From NCBI RefSeq assembly GCF_009914755.1, contig NC_060928.1: a stretch of 64,000 nucleotides of DNA; one strand, 5' to 3'. Below, piece by piece: positions 44,042 through 58,930 of this stretch. The notes beneath the pieces are model-generated. The model did no database searches. It was not told where the DNA came from and saw only the letters and a program-made list of their open reading frames with translations. Source of the stretch: the human T2T-CHM13v2.0 reference genome, Homo sapiens. A program made the position numbers and the translations under genes. Each line of letters opens with the position of its first letter. Position 1 is the first letter of the stretch.

Positions 44042-45575
44042 CTAAGAAAATAAACAATACAATGGTCAAATGCTATTTTGATATGTAAAGGATTAAGTAA
44101 TTAAAAATCAAGTGCTGCTTCCTGCTTATAGCTCTACTTCTATAAAAACACAAAAGTACCAGAGGCTAAAGAGCTGTAAGCTAATCTGATTTCCTCACTC
44201 ACCAAGTATTTTCTTAGACACTGGCTTAGGTTTTCCTTGGAGTTCTGAGGTCTGCATAGAAAGGCATGGAGAATAAGGGCACAGGTTTTTCTATGCGCCT
44301 TGGTTCTGTGAAGACTTTTTGGATACTGCAGTTTGGGCAGCCTGGATTGTTATCATAATACCACAACATTCTTCATCACCAATAAATTACACAAATCCCT
44401 TGGAAGTTTTCATTCCAAGACATTAAAGCAAATAATACAAGATTACTACCTAATTTTTTTAAACTCTTGGGTGATCTTCCTATACTCTCTACATATTCTT
44501 TAATATCAATGATTCACACAGAGCAGCATGAGATTTATCCATTTCAGTACAAAAACAGATAAATCAATATCAGAAAGGATCTCTTCTCTGAACATGTACA
44601 TGTTGAATGTAGGTTGGGGCTGCTCAGACCTCAGTCTGCTTAGCTTCAGAAAATCTATCATGAAAATTCCTTAATATACAAAAATAATCCTTGCATGTGG
44701 AGATTTCTTAATTCTCCCTTTTCTAAGTCTTAAGAAAAACAGCCACCAGTAACTGAAAATGTCTTAATTTGTATGCGTATTCTAATTATGAAGGACCTGT
44801 CTAAAAGTTTTCTGGTAAAAGTACATTAACTGTGTACTCAAGTGAAAGGCTACTTTTAGAGTTGGTTCATGCAGATCTTTAGCTTAGTCTCCTGAAGACA
44901 GAGAGCACAAAAGTGTGAGCTCAAGGCCAAATACTTGGAACAAACAGCAGACAGAGGCTCACTGCAGACCCATATGAACAAAAGGACCACAGGAGACTCA
45001 CAAACTAGATTCTCCCTAGCTTTGGAGTACATAATACTGCAATCAACTGCACAGATTCAGTTCTCCAATTTTTCCAGATTATTCTGAATATTTAATTAAA
45101 ATAAAACTAAATTATTTAATTTGAAAACAACCATCATCACATCTTCTATTACATCAAAGATATTCTTCTTTTCTAAACCAGATGACAATTTCTTAGTCTG
45201 CCTCAAAGCTGAGAGAACAGTATTCAAAAAAATTCTAAAATTCCACAGGTATCAGAAATAATGTTTACAAGCCTCTGAGATAATGTCCACGACATTTCAG
45301 GTTTATCAATAAATAATATTTTTAATGCAGCTTCAAAATGATTTTTAAACAATTATCTTAGTATTTCCATAGGATTTAGATGAACTAACCAGACAATCCT
45401 GTATTTCCAACATCAAAATAAATTTCTGAATTGGAAATTTGGGAGTTTGCTTCCCCTAAATATCATATCAAGCTCTTCCTTCACACCTAGGTGGTTATTT
45501 TCAGATGCAGCCTCAATTGAATAAAATGCTTTAGCTCTTACCACCAAAAATATCAATACATTGTAAATCACCTAC

Positions 45576-45671
45576 CAACAGCAAGGAGTAGTTGCTCTAA
45601 ATTGCCAGAAGTCTCGCGGTCAATGGTTTCCTCAATTTGAAATCCTGATATAGTCATGTACTTGTCAAACA
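45576..45671 (-). CDS. ANXA5: Annexin A5 coding exon 10 (96 bp)
   Basis: tag|TGTTTGACAAG...GCTGTTG|gtagg encodes (V)FDKYMTISGFQIEETIDRETSGNLEQLLLAV(V). Also visible in ORF 45568..45765. Confidence 0.98.
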
Positions 45672-46561
45672 CTAGAAAAAATAAAAATGATTCCCTAATC
45701 ATGTAGGGATCACTCTTTCCAGAAAGATGGTATTTACTTTGATTAGGTAGTGTCTTACTGAACACAAATCTCCCCTTCTTCCTTGCTGACAGAACCTTGT
45801 GCTCAAAGCCTCAATGTGCCAAGCCCTAAGCAATGGATTGTAAATATACTTTGTTCACTGATTGCCAGCCCCCTTACGAGTTATAGCCAATGAGACCTAA
45901 AGGTAAATCTACTGGAGGGGATGCTGAGAAATCTCCTCACTTACAAAAAGTGATACACAGATAGGACTAGTTTACCCTTTTCTTTCCTTCCTGCTGTGAA
46001 ATGGTTAAGTTTGGAGCTAGAGCAGACATCTTATGATAATGAAGAAAGAAAACCAAAACACTAGGGATAATGGAGCAAAAAGAAAAACCAGAAAGATCTC
46101 AGGTCCTGCCAAATCAACCATGGAATCCCACCTCTGGAAAAAAAGCCCAATTTTTAAAGCCACTATTAGGGTTCTCTGTCACTTGCACTAAATTCATTCC
46201 CAACTGATACCACAAGTGCTGATGACTATCCAGAGATAAGGTCCTGGGTACCAACCTCTAGGAGGAAATACGTGTAGTGAGCCACTATTCAGTGATGTGT
46301 GACTATGAGAGGAACAATCTAGAGAACTGACCTCCCTTGCCATCCTCCAATAGTGAAGGGTGGACTCAGGATCTCTAGTTTGTAAAAGCTACAACAGCAG
46401 CAAAAACAATGTTGAGATTTCTCCAGGTCACCAAAAGGAAGAAATACAAAAACTGATTCATTCTCTAAGTCCCTGCTATGTAGCAGGTATTCTGTCACAC
46501 TGGCTCATGCACTTTCCAAATTTACCAATGTATCTGCCCCATACAGATTTTTTTCACTCAC

Positions 46562-46655
46562 CCTTTCTCAAATGAGACACACTTCGTGTTCCAAAGATGG
46601 TGATAAACTTTTCTTCATCTGTCCCCCATTTAAGTTCTCCAGCCTGAAATAAAGC
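46562..46655 (-). CDS. ANXA5: Annexin A5 coding exon 9 (94 bp)
   Basis: cag|GCTTTATTTCAG...AGAAAGG|gtgag encodes ALFQAGELKWGTDEEKFITIFGTRSVSHLRK(V). Confidence 0.98.
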
Positions 46656-47928
46656 CTGCAAAAATTTCAAACTCAATTAATAAATTGTTCCTCCATCTCA
46701 TTTCCAGGTTCTTAAACACACTTGTTTTTTACTCCCTGAATTTTAACTCACTTGATTCATCATCTTGTATTAATAGTTTTCATTTCTAATGTGTCCTACT
46801 CTGAAACTCAGCTCACTGAGTTTGGAGCACCTTTGGAGCTTGCCACTGAACTGTGCCACAGAAGATTCATGGGTCCAAGCAACAAAGCACGGCAATGGTG
46901 CAAGGTTACATGTTCCCAAAATGTCTGCCATAACCTCCAATCTTTCAGAAGCAACAGTATGGGTCAGGAGAAAGTTATGACTACCTCACTGTTGATACAT
47001 CCATGTATAGACTGGGAAAGGATTTAACTGGAAGCTAAGTTGTCTGCCTTTTCTGTTTTGCTTGTTCTATAGCTGTTCAATAGCACATGAGTAAAAGTAC
47101 ACTTCATATTTTCTCTTTACAACTGAGATTTAACCAAGGCTAGCTATAAAATGTTTTCATATTTCCAAAGATCACAATAAATTTTTAAAAGATTGTGGGT
47201 ATAGCACAGTGCCTGGCATATAGAAGCACTCAATAAGTAGTGGTTGAATAGTTTGAGTGCCCATACTTCCTTTTTGACATGGGGAAAAAATATGCTTTCT
47301 TGTGCACGTATAGCTGCCTAAAAAAATAAGCTTATATACAAACATCAACGTTAACTCTGAATCCACTTATTGACGTGAGAATAATTTATTAAAACCCAAA
47401 GAATCAACCTTTACAATGACTGTACTATCCTTTTATTCATTTCAAACTAAGTCTACATATTAAAGCAAGATGAATGCAATTTGCTGAGGCTGCTACTTGC
47501 AGTTGGCCTTATACCCACAAGCAGCAATCCAAATAAAGACAGGAAGTGATAATAACAGGCTTGAATATAGAAGTTTTGATCACAGTATATTTAAAAATGT
47601 AGATTATGGTGGTAAAGATCTATTTTTTATTATATTTCTGGAGAATAAGAAAAAAATGAGACTCATGTATCTTTATGCTCAATTTTAAAATTAATTATTT
47701 TAAAGATAAAAATGAATAATATCAATTCTGGCCATGTGAACATGCTCTTAAAACCTGAAAAGACAGTAACTCTGAAAGTCATGCATGCATCTAAACTTTA
47801 GAACTATATCATGATGACACAGACCTTTCTTAAAATAACTTTTAAAATCTAATTACAAAAACAACGCAAGTTCATTGAGAAATTTTATAAAACTAAGAAA
47901 GAACAAAAATAAGAAAATAGAAGTTGCA

Positions 47929-48413
<485 letters not shown>

Positions 48414-49739
48414 TTAATATCAATTTCCTGAGGGTGCTAGTTACTACTTCTGGTATGTTTCTACATGTAGATAAAATATACAAATACATTAACACCTAAA
48501 TGGGTAAGGGACTCATCTTGTACAATATCACAGACATTGATGCACACACTTCTTATCAACTGTTTTAAATGTCTAGAAATGTTCTCTAGTAGGTACAGGA
48601 GTTAAGCCTGTTATATGGGAATAATTGGTGAGATGTCAGTTATTTTTACCACAATGTTTTAATTTTCTTGGGAGAATTATGTTTGGGATCAATATCTACT
48701 GTAAAACTATTATTAAGTAATCATATGCAATAATAATGATGGCTTCTTCATGTAAAACAATGATATTTAACAGTTTTGTTTCAATCTAAGTATCCTTTCT
48801 CCTAAATGAGGATGCCCAATATTCATGGATCCATCTGGATGAGGGACCCTTACACCCCTTCCCTAAGCTTTACGGTTCAGCCTGAGTACAGTTTCATAAG
48901 CCCTGGTTCAGTGCAAAGGATGAGTCTTTGGAGTCAAAACAGATGTGGTCTATCTGCAAGATCTCAGATGAACTACTTAATCTCCTCTTCAGCCTCAGTG
49001 TATATAGTCATTAACGGAGATTATATAACTAAGATAATGCACTGAACAGTGTCAGGTAATCAGTAGCAAATGCCCAGTAAAAGTAAAAAGTGCCTGATTA
49101 CTTCTCCTTCTCCCTCTTTCCTCTAAGAGTTCAACTCTCCCTCCAGAGAAAGAATAAAACAAGGATTTACTGGGGAAGAAGGTAAATCTGTTTTAATGCA
49201 TTAAAAGTATTAAATCAATTTAACACATTAAAAATGTTAAAAAGTGGATTATCTACAAAACGTTCAGTTCCCAAGTGAATGACTCACTATGGCTTATCAA
49301 ACCTCTCAAATAATAGAAATCTTCTTAGTGCCAGGTATCAGTAGAGACAAAAATGCAAAAGCTTATAAAAGAGCCCTTTAGCTGTCTCAGCTTACTCTCA
49401 ATTAAGAAATCTCAAATTCTCACTAGTGATAACAGTCCAGCTGCCCTTGCTACGAGGTACAAGTTGGTGTGTTCCTTTTTATAATGCCAAAAGATTATTT
49501 GTTTTCAACAGGTTTATTAATTAATAATAATACATTTGAAAGAATCAAAAATAATAGCCAGTGTAACATGTTCTGTATTGCTCCTAGTCACTGGAAGGCT
49601 AAGAAAAGCTTGGATTCCATTCAAGGGATACTTTAAAGTAACTCCATAAAGCAGTTTTCACATGTACAGTCTCACATGTACTCTCAGGGTTCTGAATGGT
49701 TATATCCACTGCATGACACGTAAGTGTCACCTATACAGC

Positions 49740-49891
49740 CTCAGTAATCAAAGGACCAAGAATGCAGGCATTACCTGAGAGCATGTTCAAAATCCAGACT
49801 CCCAGCCCCTGCCCAGACCCATAGAATCAGAATCTGCAATTAAAGGTCCCAGGTGCGCCACATGCCCATGAAAGTTTGAGCAGCAGTGCTA
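49740..49891. mobile_element. MER5A-like hAT-Charlie MITE
   Basis: cccagaccc..agaatcagaatctgca...cccaggtg...aaagtttgag.agca.tgct. Confidence 0.7.
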
Positions 49892-50554
49892 TCCAGTAAG
49901 TGCTCCAAGGACAGAAATCAATGAAAACAAGGTTAAAATGTACTGTTTTCCCCTCAGGAGCCTCGTGCTGCAGCAATGCTCTCATTACATCACCAACTAT
50001 GCTGGGAAATCTGCCCTCTGCCTGTGAATGCAGGCCTCACTGCAGACATCTGAGAGGACTAGAGTTGGTTTCTTACACTGTGACCCTGAAAAGCTCCCAG
50101 AACTCCTATCCTACTCTTGACAGTAGGAATGAGAGAATCAGCACTATCTCCTAGCAAAGCCACAACCAATGCTTGGAAAGCAGTAAGATCACCTCAGTAC
50201 TGAACAAAGCCCCTAACAGGAGTACAACTCTGTAGGGTTGCTCTAGCCCTCTTCCCGAAAGAAGGTGGAATTAAGCTAGATCTATGCTTGAGTTGATATT
50301 TAATAAGCCCTTTAATGATAGAGAAAATCAGGGAAGGCACTAATACTCAAGAACACTGAATATCTTACAGTGAAATATTCTTATAGTGAAATATTAATAT
50401 TCAATAACACTGACTATCTTCTAGTGAAAGAGAAAGAGCTTTGGAGTCAGACAGGCCTCGTTAGGAATTCCAACTCCACTGCTATTCAGTGGAAGCCATG
50501 GGTTTGTTTCTTTATCCATAAAAGGGAAATTGCCCCTTTCTGGTAGAGTTATGT

Positions 50555-51000
50555 GCTCATTCATTCATCAGTTATTTACTGAGCACCTACTCTATGCCAG
50601 AAGCTGAGGATACAATTGAACTGACAGCTCAGGGGGCCCAGGAAGGCAGTGAAGTAAATAGATGGCTTCCAGAGAACGTGGCAAGAACTGTGACAGGAAG
50701 CCTGGGGGCGGGGGGGGGTATGGTTTTCCCTGTGAGGGGCACCTAACTCTAAAGTATCTAAGCTGAAGACTGACTCTTGAAGAGGACTCAGGTGAAGCGG
50801 GGTGGGAGGGGCAAGAGGGCAGAGAGAGCATGTGAGAGAGGCTGGAGGCATAAGTAAACAACACACAGATAACAAAGGGGCTTGTAACCCATTCAGGAAC
50901 CCGGACTTTATCCTGAGGGCAATGGAACCACCAGAGTCTGAAGGGGCTGGACACAATTGGCTTGCATTTTCTAAGACAGAGTGAAGCAAGAGTCAAATAC
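50555..51000 (-). mobile_element. L2 fragment (approximate)
   Basis: cattcattcatcagttatttactgagcacctactctatgccag. Confidence 0.65.
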
Positions 51001-51922
51001 TGCACAGAGAGCCCTCGGTAAACATTCAGTTCTTTTTTTCTCTCCAGCTAGACAGAGATGACAGCATTCTGAAACCATTATAAAATCAACCTACCCAAAA
51101 GAATAACCGCTCTCCTCTTTCCTGTTAGCAAAGTGAGATCGCATATCCATGGGTTGTTCCACTGGAGGAATGAATATGGCTCTTCCTTTTTCAATGATAC
51201 ATGACAAACAACCAAGAATTGTATATTCTCTTAATTGAAACATGTGACCAGAAAGAGGTCTATGATTGGTGGTTCTAGGAACCCAAGTAATTCCTTTATT
51301 ACCAATTTCCAGTTTTCAGCTCTCATGTTTCAAATTTCCTTTCCTATATTTTAATAACTGTTTTATTAACCAGACTGAGACTTTATAGGGGTTTATAAGT
51401 CACTTAAGAGGAAATTTTCATTTGGAGTCACTAAAAAGCTGCTGACAGAAGACCAATCCTACTTAAAATTCTGTCGAAGGAAATGCAGAGAAATTTCCTA
51501 ATACCAAAATAACTTGTCATCTCTTATGTAATTAAACACCACTTACTGTTAAATACTTTATTCTTTCTTCTTTATCTTCTCCTGCTAAGAGACCCACTGC
51601 ATAATTGGCAGTGGAAGTAATAACACTGTTTTTTGGTAAAATTCTCTATTTTGTGAATGTTCAATAATCACAAAAAAAAACATGTCTAGTTGGAACTCAC
51701 TATATAATTTATTTTATTTCGTTTCAGCTTTAAGGTAAAATATTTTGCTGACCAGGTCAGAATAAGAAAAAGCTACTTATGTAGGTCTTATGCTATGTAA
51801 ATAACCCATTAACAAGATTATCACTAGAAGCTATTACAACATACATTGTGATTTTTCATTACCATGAATTATTTCTTCATTTCTACAGCATAATAAAGTC
51901 ATCATATCCTGGTGTCACTCAC

Positions 51923-51979
51923 CTGAGCATCTTGTTCAACTTGAGCTTCATCAATTCCAGCATCAGGGTCTCTGTTAGC
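51923..51979 (-). CDS. ANXA5: Annexin A5 coding exon 8 (57 bp)
   Basis: tag|GCTAACAGAGAC...GATGCTCAG|gtgag encodes ANRDPDAGIDEAQVEQDAQ. Confidence 0.98.
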
Positions 51980-52443
51980 CTATGAGAGGTAATATGTCAC
52001 ATTACTGAACTATAGAGCATTCTCATTCAAAAGGAAAAATGGTTCCACCTGATGGTTATTCAATAACACTCTTTCTCTAGGAATAATATGCTTTTATTAA
52101 GATCAATCCTGCACTATTTCACATTATCATCACCCAGCACTGTCCAAAACCAATAATGACCCTACTGATTTTAAATTCTATGAAAGAACAAGATACCGCT
52201 ATCATTCTATGAAAGGAACAAGATACTACTATCTAAAACATGTATGAGTTAGCTGTTAAGAATTTAGACCAGATATTCTGAAACACAAACAAGCACAGGC
52301 AACATACAGTCAGAATCATCGCAGTAAGAATCAGCAAGTACCACAAATTATTAAAAGAATTTTAAGTGACCTTACTTAACTAGATTCAGCCCAGTCCAAC
52401 TTCAGGCTTTTTAATCAAACTGTAATTAATCTCCACGCAATAC

Positions 52444-52523
52444 CTGAAGGAGAACCACCAACATCCGCTGGTAGTACCCTGAAGTGTCCCCCACCACGTC
52501 ATCTTCCAGGCTTGAGCCATATT
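52444..52523 (-). CDS. ANXA5: Annexin A5 coding exon 7 (80 bp)
   Basis: cag|AATATGGCTCAAGC...CTCCTTCAG|gt encodes (E)YGSSLEDDVVGDTSGYYQRMLVVLLQ. Confidence 0.98.
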
Positions 52524-53760
52524 CTGCAACAAAATAATTTCATACTTATTTACATCTTCTTTCAACTAGAAAAGTAATCTTGCCCCATTAATCAAATGAA
52601 AGCGATGTAAAAGAAGAAATAATTATATCTGGTTAACATAAATTCCCTCTATTCCATCTCTGAATGCTCTAAGCAAATGCTTTCAGTGAGTGGTTGGACA
52701 AAAATGAATTAAAGTCTCCCAAAGGCACTCAATTCAAACTTAAATCAAGACTCAGCCATTTAGAAATTCTCTCGACCAATGTAGTCATTAATCTATAGAT
52801 ACATGATGGTACTGGAAAGTCTCCAAAACACAATCAATCATAAGCTTAAACTCTGTTATGCTTTCTTTCAAATCTTTTATATGGTTAGCTTCCAAATGTC
52901 TTCTATCTCTAATATTCTGAGATTTATTTCTTTGGGCATGGCCATCACTCCTCCTAATAAGGTATTTTTCCTCTGCAGAAATAAAGTTAACTCTTGAGAG
53001 ACAGCAATGATATTTTAAAGTAGGCCCCCCTCCCACCTCTATTTCCAGCTGCTCAATGTAAGCCCATATAAAAGGGGAGAACTGGGATCTACAAGAGTCT
53101 ACAAGTCTTTCTCACTACTCTCAAACAGATGCTATTAAAGGAAAGGAGGCCTTACTCTAAGGTATTTAAATATTTAATTATTATGCAAAAGCAAACGAAC
53201 TTTAAAAGCCTGAAACTTCTATTTTAAAAGGCCCAGAAGAGTTACGTGTTTATTTCAACAAGTTACCCAAATACAAAACCTTGTAGGAATCTTTAATTCT
53301 TTCTTCTACACCAACACCTGTAAATATTAACCATTAAATCCTATCACTTTTCTCCTGTCCCTGATTTATCCTCCTCACACCTCTCACTCACCTAGGTTAG
53401 GCCACAATTCCTAAATACCTAGCTTACCTCCCACACACATAACTATCCAATTAGCCTCTCAATTCAAATCTCCTTCCTCCCTCAATTGTTCCTTCAGCAC
53501 TCCACTGCTCATTCAGGAATTTACAGTGCCTGTGAATTAAATCCAAATTCCTAATCCAGTCATGCAAAACCATCTATATCTGAGCCTAACCTCGCTTGTT
53601 CCATTTACCTCCCACAATGGACATGCACACATCCTCCACAGCAGCCAGGCCCTCTCCGTCCCTCAATACACTCTCCACAGTCCAGTCTCCATGCCATTAA
53701 AGACAGGCAGTACCTCACCCAAAAATATCTTTTCTACCTACTCAAAATGCACCTAGTCTT

Positions 53761-54365
53761 TTTTTCCCAGCTTTATTGAGTTATGATGGACAAATAAAAA
53801 TTGTATATATTTAAGGTATACACCATGATGTTTTCATATATGTGTACGTTGTGAAATGATTACCACAATCAAGTTAATCAGCATATCCATCACTTCATAT
53901 AGTCTATATTTTTGTGTGTGGTGAGGACATTTAAAATATACTGTATTCACAAATTTCAAGCATATAATAGTTATACTTTCACTATAGTCACCACGCTGTT
54001 CATGAGATCCCCAGAACTTATTCATCCTGCCTAACTAAAATCGTGTATGCTTTGACCAATATTTCACCAGTCCCTTCTCCCATTCACCCCACCCCTACAC
54101 CCTAGCAAACACTGTTTTACTATCTGTTTCTATGAGTTCAATTTTTTTAGATTCAACATAAGAAGTGAGATCATGCATAGCTTATGCCTTGTGCCTAGCT
54201 TATTTCACTTTGCATTATGTCCTCCACGTTTATCCATGATGTTGAAATGACAGGATTTCCCCTCTTTAAGACTGAACAGTACTCCTGTGTGTGTGTGTCT
54301 GTGTTTGTGTGTGTGTGTGTACGTATTCTTTATCTATTCATCTGTCAATGGACACTTTGTAAACC
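53761..54365 (-). mobile_element. L1MA 3' end, 5'-truncated, in ANXA5 intron 6
   Basis: agctttattgag...gtgaaatgattaccacaatcaagttaat...cccagaacttattcatc. 11-bp TSD cacctagtctt (53750-53760 and 54366-54376). Confidence 0.88.
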
Positions 54366-55702
54366 CACCTAGTCTTGAAACTCTGCTGCATGTGTGATTT
54401 GTACCATGAAGCCTCCCTAACATCCAAAGCTATGATGACCTCTCTCTTCTGAATGCATTATTGCATTTAACATCATTGGTATTTTACTTTAGTTTGAATT
54501 TCATTATCCTTTAAATATTGCAGTCATTCTGTCATGTCACCCACTGAGGAGACTGCACACAAACTGCTTGAGGACAGGAGCTGTGTTATGCACACCTTTT
54601 GTCACTCATGACAGCCTGTTAACACACTGCCAGACACATAGCCAGTGCTCAATTACACGGCTGAGTAGGACAGACCACACAGTTATTACCCCCTTTGAGC
54701 ACACCATTTGTAATCCAGTAGCACAAAGGCTCTCATCAACGTCAACATCCCCAGAAAGAGATCTTTGAATAGTACATCAAATAAAGTTCAAAGTTGAGAT
54801 ACATGTATCACTTCTGCCTTAGCGGTTGGGAACTTACTGCCTATAAAAAGAGAAGCAGGAAAGAGAGATTCAGCCCTTTAGAAAGGTAATTATACAGTTG
54901 CTCTAAACAATTTTTTGCTGTTTTGACTTGCTGGGTTAACAAAGCCATTTCTAAGATTAACAAACTAATGGCAAGATACAGCCCCTAGCAAAAGACACTA
55001 GGCTTGGAGTCTGTTGACTGAGCTGAGAAACTGGATAGTCTGACCCTCCTCAGTCAGGCAGGAGAAAGAGTTGGCTACAAGAAATCTGGTAAGAAAAGGA
55101 CTCTCTACCTCTACTTTTTACTTCATTTTCTTGATTCTATTCATGAGACATATTTTAGGCCGAAATGCAGATTTCTGTTCATATAAAAGACACACTAAAA
55201 AGAAAAATCAAAATGCAGAATATTTTATTCAAGCACTGCCATTAGCTAAGACAACATACATTTACTCAAATGTACTTTATCAACTCTGATGTGGGAAAGG
55301 GTTTAGGTTTCTCTTCCAAAGTTCCAAAAGTACTTTTTATATAACTCCTAAATTTTGCTAGCATAAAGCTAAATATTTTTAAAGGAGGAAAAACCATTTT
55401 TACCTTAATGTTAACATAAAGACAACCTGTATATCCCTACACTAATTGCAAATCCTATGCAAAAGTAAACTCCATCTTCAGCAGTAGCTTCTTATAAAAT
55501 ATGAAAATAGTAGAGGATAACAAGGCAGTCTTTTCCTTACTGAAGGAGAAAAATAGCTTGAATTGCAGGTCATTCATTCATTCATTCATTCATCCATCAT
55601 TTACTGCGTGCCTCCCATACCTACAAAGGACTGCATTCAAATCACAGAAATGAAGGAAGTGATAGTGGAGGTGAAGTCAAAATATAACTCACAAACATTT
55701 AC

Positions 55703-55793
55703 CTTCTTCATAAACTTGTTTGATGGCTCTCAGTTCTTCAGGTGTCCTTGAAGCAATAATTTCTGTCAGTACTTTTTCATTTGTTCCAGCTCC
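55703..55793 (-). CDS. ANXA5: Annexin A5 coding exon 6 (91 bp)
   Basis: cag|GGAGCTGGAACAAAT...GAAGAAG|gt encodes GAGTNEKVLTEIIASRTPEELRAIKQVYEE(E), including the annexin GxGT motif. Confidence 0.98.
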
Positions 55794-57395
55794 CTGTTTG
55801 GAGATTTTAATAGAGAAAACATGTCAATAAGATTAAAAAGAAAGTTATTAAAAGAAAGTTATAGATGTTACCCAAATTGCATAGTTATATAAATATTATC
55901 CAGTATAACATGGATTTCTTTGTATATGAGTTCTATTAGTTATAGAAATAACAAGTTTTAAATGATTTTCTCTCCAAAGACCATTTTATTCTTTTTGCCT
56001 AATGGAAAACAATGTTTATCATGTGTATGTGTGTATATATGTGTACGTATACATAACCAGTTACATAAATTTGTAACTTTTAATTTGATCAGTTAATTCT
56101 AGCTTAAAAGTAAAACATTTTCATGAAACATGAAGTAATTTTTTAAAAACCAAAAGAGTAAAAATGAAAACTTCACGTAAATGTACATGGAAGAGCACTG
56201 ATACTTAATAAGCACCTCAAAAGATAAACCCCTGACCCCCAAGTTAAGTGCTGTGCAGTCACAGGAAAATTCTACATCAAAGGTAACAATAAATATAGCA
56301 ATACTTAATTATTAGGAATTAGAACAGTATAAAGGAATTGGGACTTGCTTTCTGGATTTTTGAAAAATCATTTTAGTTGGCTTTCCTTTTTCTGCTTTTA
56401 AAAATCACATCTATATGATTAAACTAAGAGATGCAACGATATAGCTGGACTTAATTTTTTTTAAAAGATAGTATATTGAAGCCTTATTTTCTTTATATTT
56501 CTATTTTTTGCCAAAAATCAAGCACTGAAAAACCTAGAGTTCATTCTCTGGCAGAATTTCAACTACTGCTGACATTTCAGAAGTACTTAGCAAAAAAAGT
56601 GCTTTTCTCAATAACCTCAGATTTTTGTTTATTCCAAAAGAATCACCATAGGAAAATGAAGAGACTGAGCACAAACCAGCTCCTATCAGGATGACCCTTC
56701 TCCTCTCTCCACTCCATCAGTAAGAATCCCTGAGAAACATTATTTCCTTGTTAAATCTCAATGTGCCCATTCAAAATCTAACAGCTAACAACTGAACTAC
56801 TTCCTGTCCCATGAGCCTAAACAAATGTGTCAATGCCTTCATATTTATACAACATTCCAAACACCAGTCAAGGGAATACATATTTAATTTTTGCTGCAAC
56901 TGAAATTATAGCAAGTTTACCAGCTACTTCATTTTAGTGTTTAGAGGGGCAGGAAAGAAGGAAAGAGTATGAGAAAATATTTATCTTGAAAATTCTCTCT
57001 GAAGCTTTACCTTTTAACCTAAAATGATGAGCAATATTATGGTTCCCTAATCAGGCAATTTTCTACTGAAAAAGATAAAATAGCTCATCTGTAATATTTT
57101 TTAAACATCCTCAAAATCAGAAGACAGGCATGAAAATAAAATACAAAAAGCTATAAAAATATGAAAATTTTAAACAGCCCAGTATTATTGAGTTTAAATC
57201 TACAAAAAGATGAAATGACACACGTGTAATTTTCTCCCTCCTTTACTGCTTATTGCCTCCCAGTTTTGTCTGCCAAGCAACTCTCACTGAAATAATCAGA
57301 TAAAATTTTTTAAATATAACAAATAAGAGGAAGTAATTACCAAAACAAAATAATACTATCTATGCAAGAATGTTCCTTTCACTCATCCTTTTTAC

Positions 57396-57509
57396 CTTCA
57401 AGGCATGTTTCAGTTCATAAGCATCATAAAGCCGAGAGGGTTTCATCAGAGCCACAATTAATTTTTCAAATTTTCCAGTTAGTTCTGATTTCAGGTCATC
57501 CAGAAGATC
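57396..57509 (-). CDS. ANXA5: Annexin A5 coding exon 5 (114 bp)
   Basis: tag|GATCTTCTGGAT...GCCTTGAAG|gt encodes [38 protein letters not shown]. Confidence 0.98.
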
Positions 57510-58708
57510 CTAACCCACAGAAAATACAAATTTGTTAACCAGCAGAAATTGTAATAAGATTCTTCTTAAATATGAATGACAGTCCTTTGCTCTAATGAAT
57601 TCTTTATGTTGCTGTCTCCAAGTAGAAGGCCCATGAGCTAAACAAAACCCTATAACCTTGAATAACATACTTTTAACCTGTGACCAAAATCTTAAACTAA
57701 AGCAAACCCACTTATACGTCAAGATATTTGTTTCTAAAAGATGTTTCTCTTAACTTGAAAAAAAAGAATACCTTTAAAAGTAGTCTAAAACTATTTTATA
57801 AAAATACTATTCTGAGAAACATATCTTCTTTGTAATTTCAAAAAATAATCATATAATGAAATTTACAAAGGACAACATTTAGTCTCTCATACCCAAACGT
57901 AATAATTTTTTCTTTTCTCTCAATATGTAATAACATTCAAACACATAATAGATTATAGTCATTGTTATGACTCCTGACCACTGGGAGATATCTGTTCCTA
58001 TGGGGAAATTGTGTATGTAATTATGAAAAAATTATGTAATTGTGAAAAAAAAAACACAGTATTTCCTACCTATAAGTTTCAGCATACCACACAACTAAAA
58101 ATGGTGTTTAGAATACTTTCTTTTTTGCTTTGCACTTGTTTCCTTAGTTAAGTGACATACGTTTTCAGAATAACAAGACTACATTTAAGTTTTCCATGCA
58201 TGCACTAATTCATTTAAATTTAAATAATTCAAATAATTCATTTAAATAATTCAAATAAATTTTTTTGAATTATTAATCAAATAAAAGCATTTAAATCAAC
58301 TAATTAAAAACCCATTAGTTAAAATCATGACAAAAGGAACCAAGACTGTGACTGTGTTAAAACAAAACATATTTTAATACAGGCTTACACCTAGAAAACG
58401 GATAGTAAGACATCCATGTGAATGCTGAGTGGGAAACACAGAGGAAAAGAAGAGAGACAGTTCTCACTACAGGATCTTTTGGCACCTCTACAGCATTAGG
58501 CAAGGAAAAACAATTATGTGAGGATAAGCTGGGTGAGCACTGTATCCTAAGAGCTGATAATTTAGAGGAGAGTGGAAAAGAAACAGAAGTAGGGAAGTCG
58601 GAATCACAAAATAAATGATGCTTACAAAAGAATATCAGTATATTCCAAACTAGTCTTATAACTGATAGCTGTTCTCCCATTCTCTCTTGGGATGAAGTGT
58701 GGTCTTAC

Positions 58709-58803
58709 CCTGCCAAACAGAGTCTTAAAAGCTGCAGAGATTTCCTGGCGCTGAGCATTACTTCGGGATGTCAACAGAGTCAGGATGCTCTCCTCATCTG
58801 TGC
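58709..58803 (-). CDS. ANXA5: Annexin A5 coding exon 4 (95 bp)
   Basis: cag|GCACAGATGAGGAG...TTTGGCAGG|gtaag encodes (G)TDEESILTLLTSRSNAQRQEISAAFKTLFGR. Phase matches exon 3. Confidence 0.98.
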
Positions 58804-58930
58804 CTGCAATTTATGGTTAACAATTACATTTTGGCTCCTACATGCATACTCTCCCAACGATCTTGGCAACTCGCTTCCCAGTCACCTTATTTCCTTGCCT
58901 CTCCCTATGCGAATATAAAATATATTTTAT

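Noticed and set aside
58205-58275. AT-rich repeated aataattca/tttaaat motifs
   Set aside because: Low-complexity slippage in an AT-rich intron, expected by chance.
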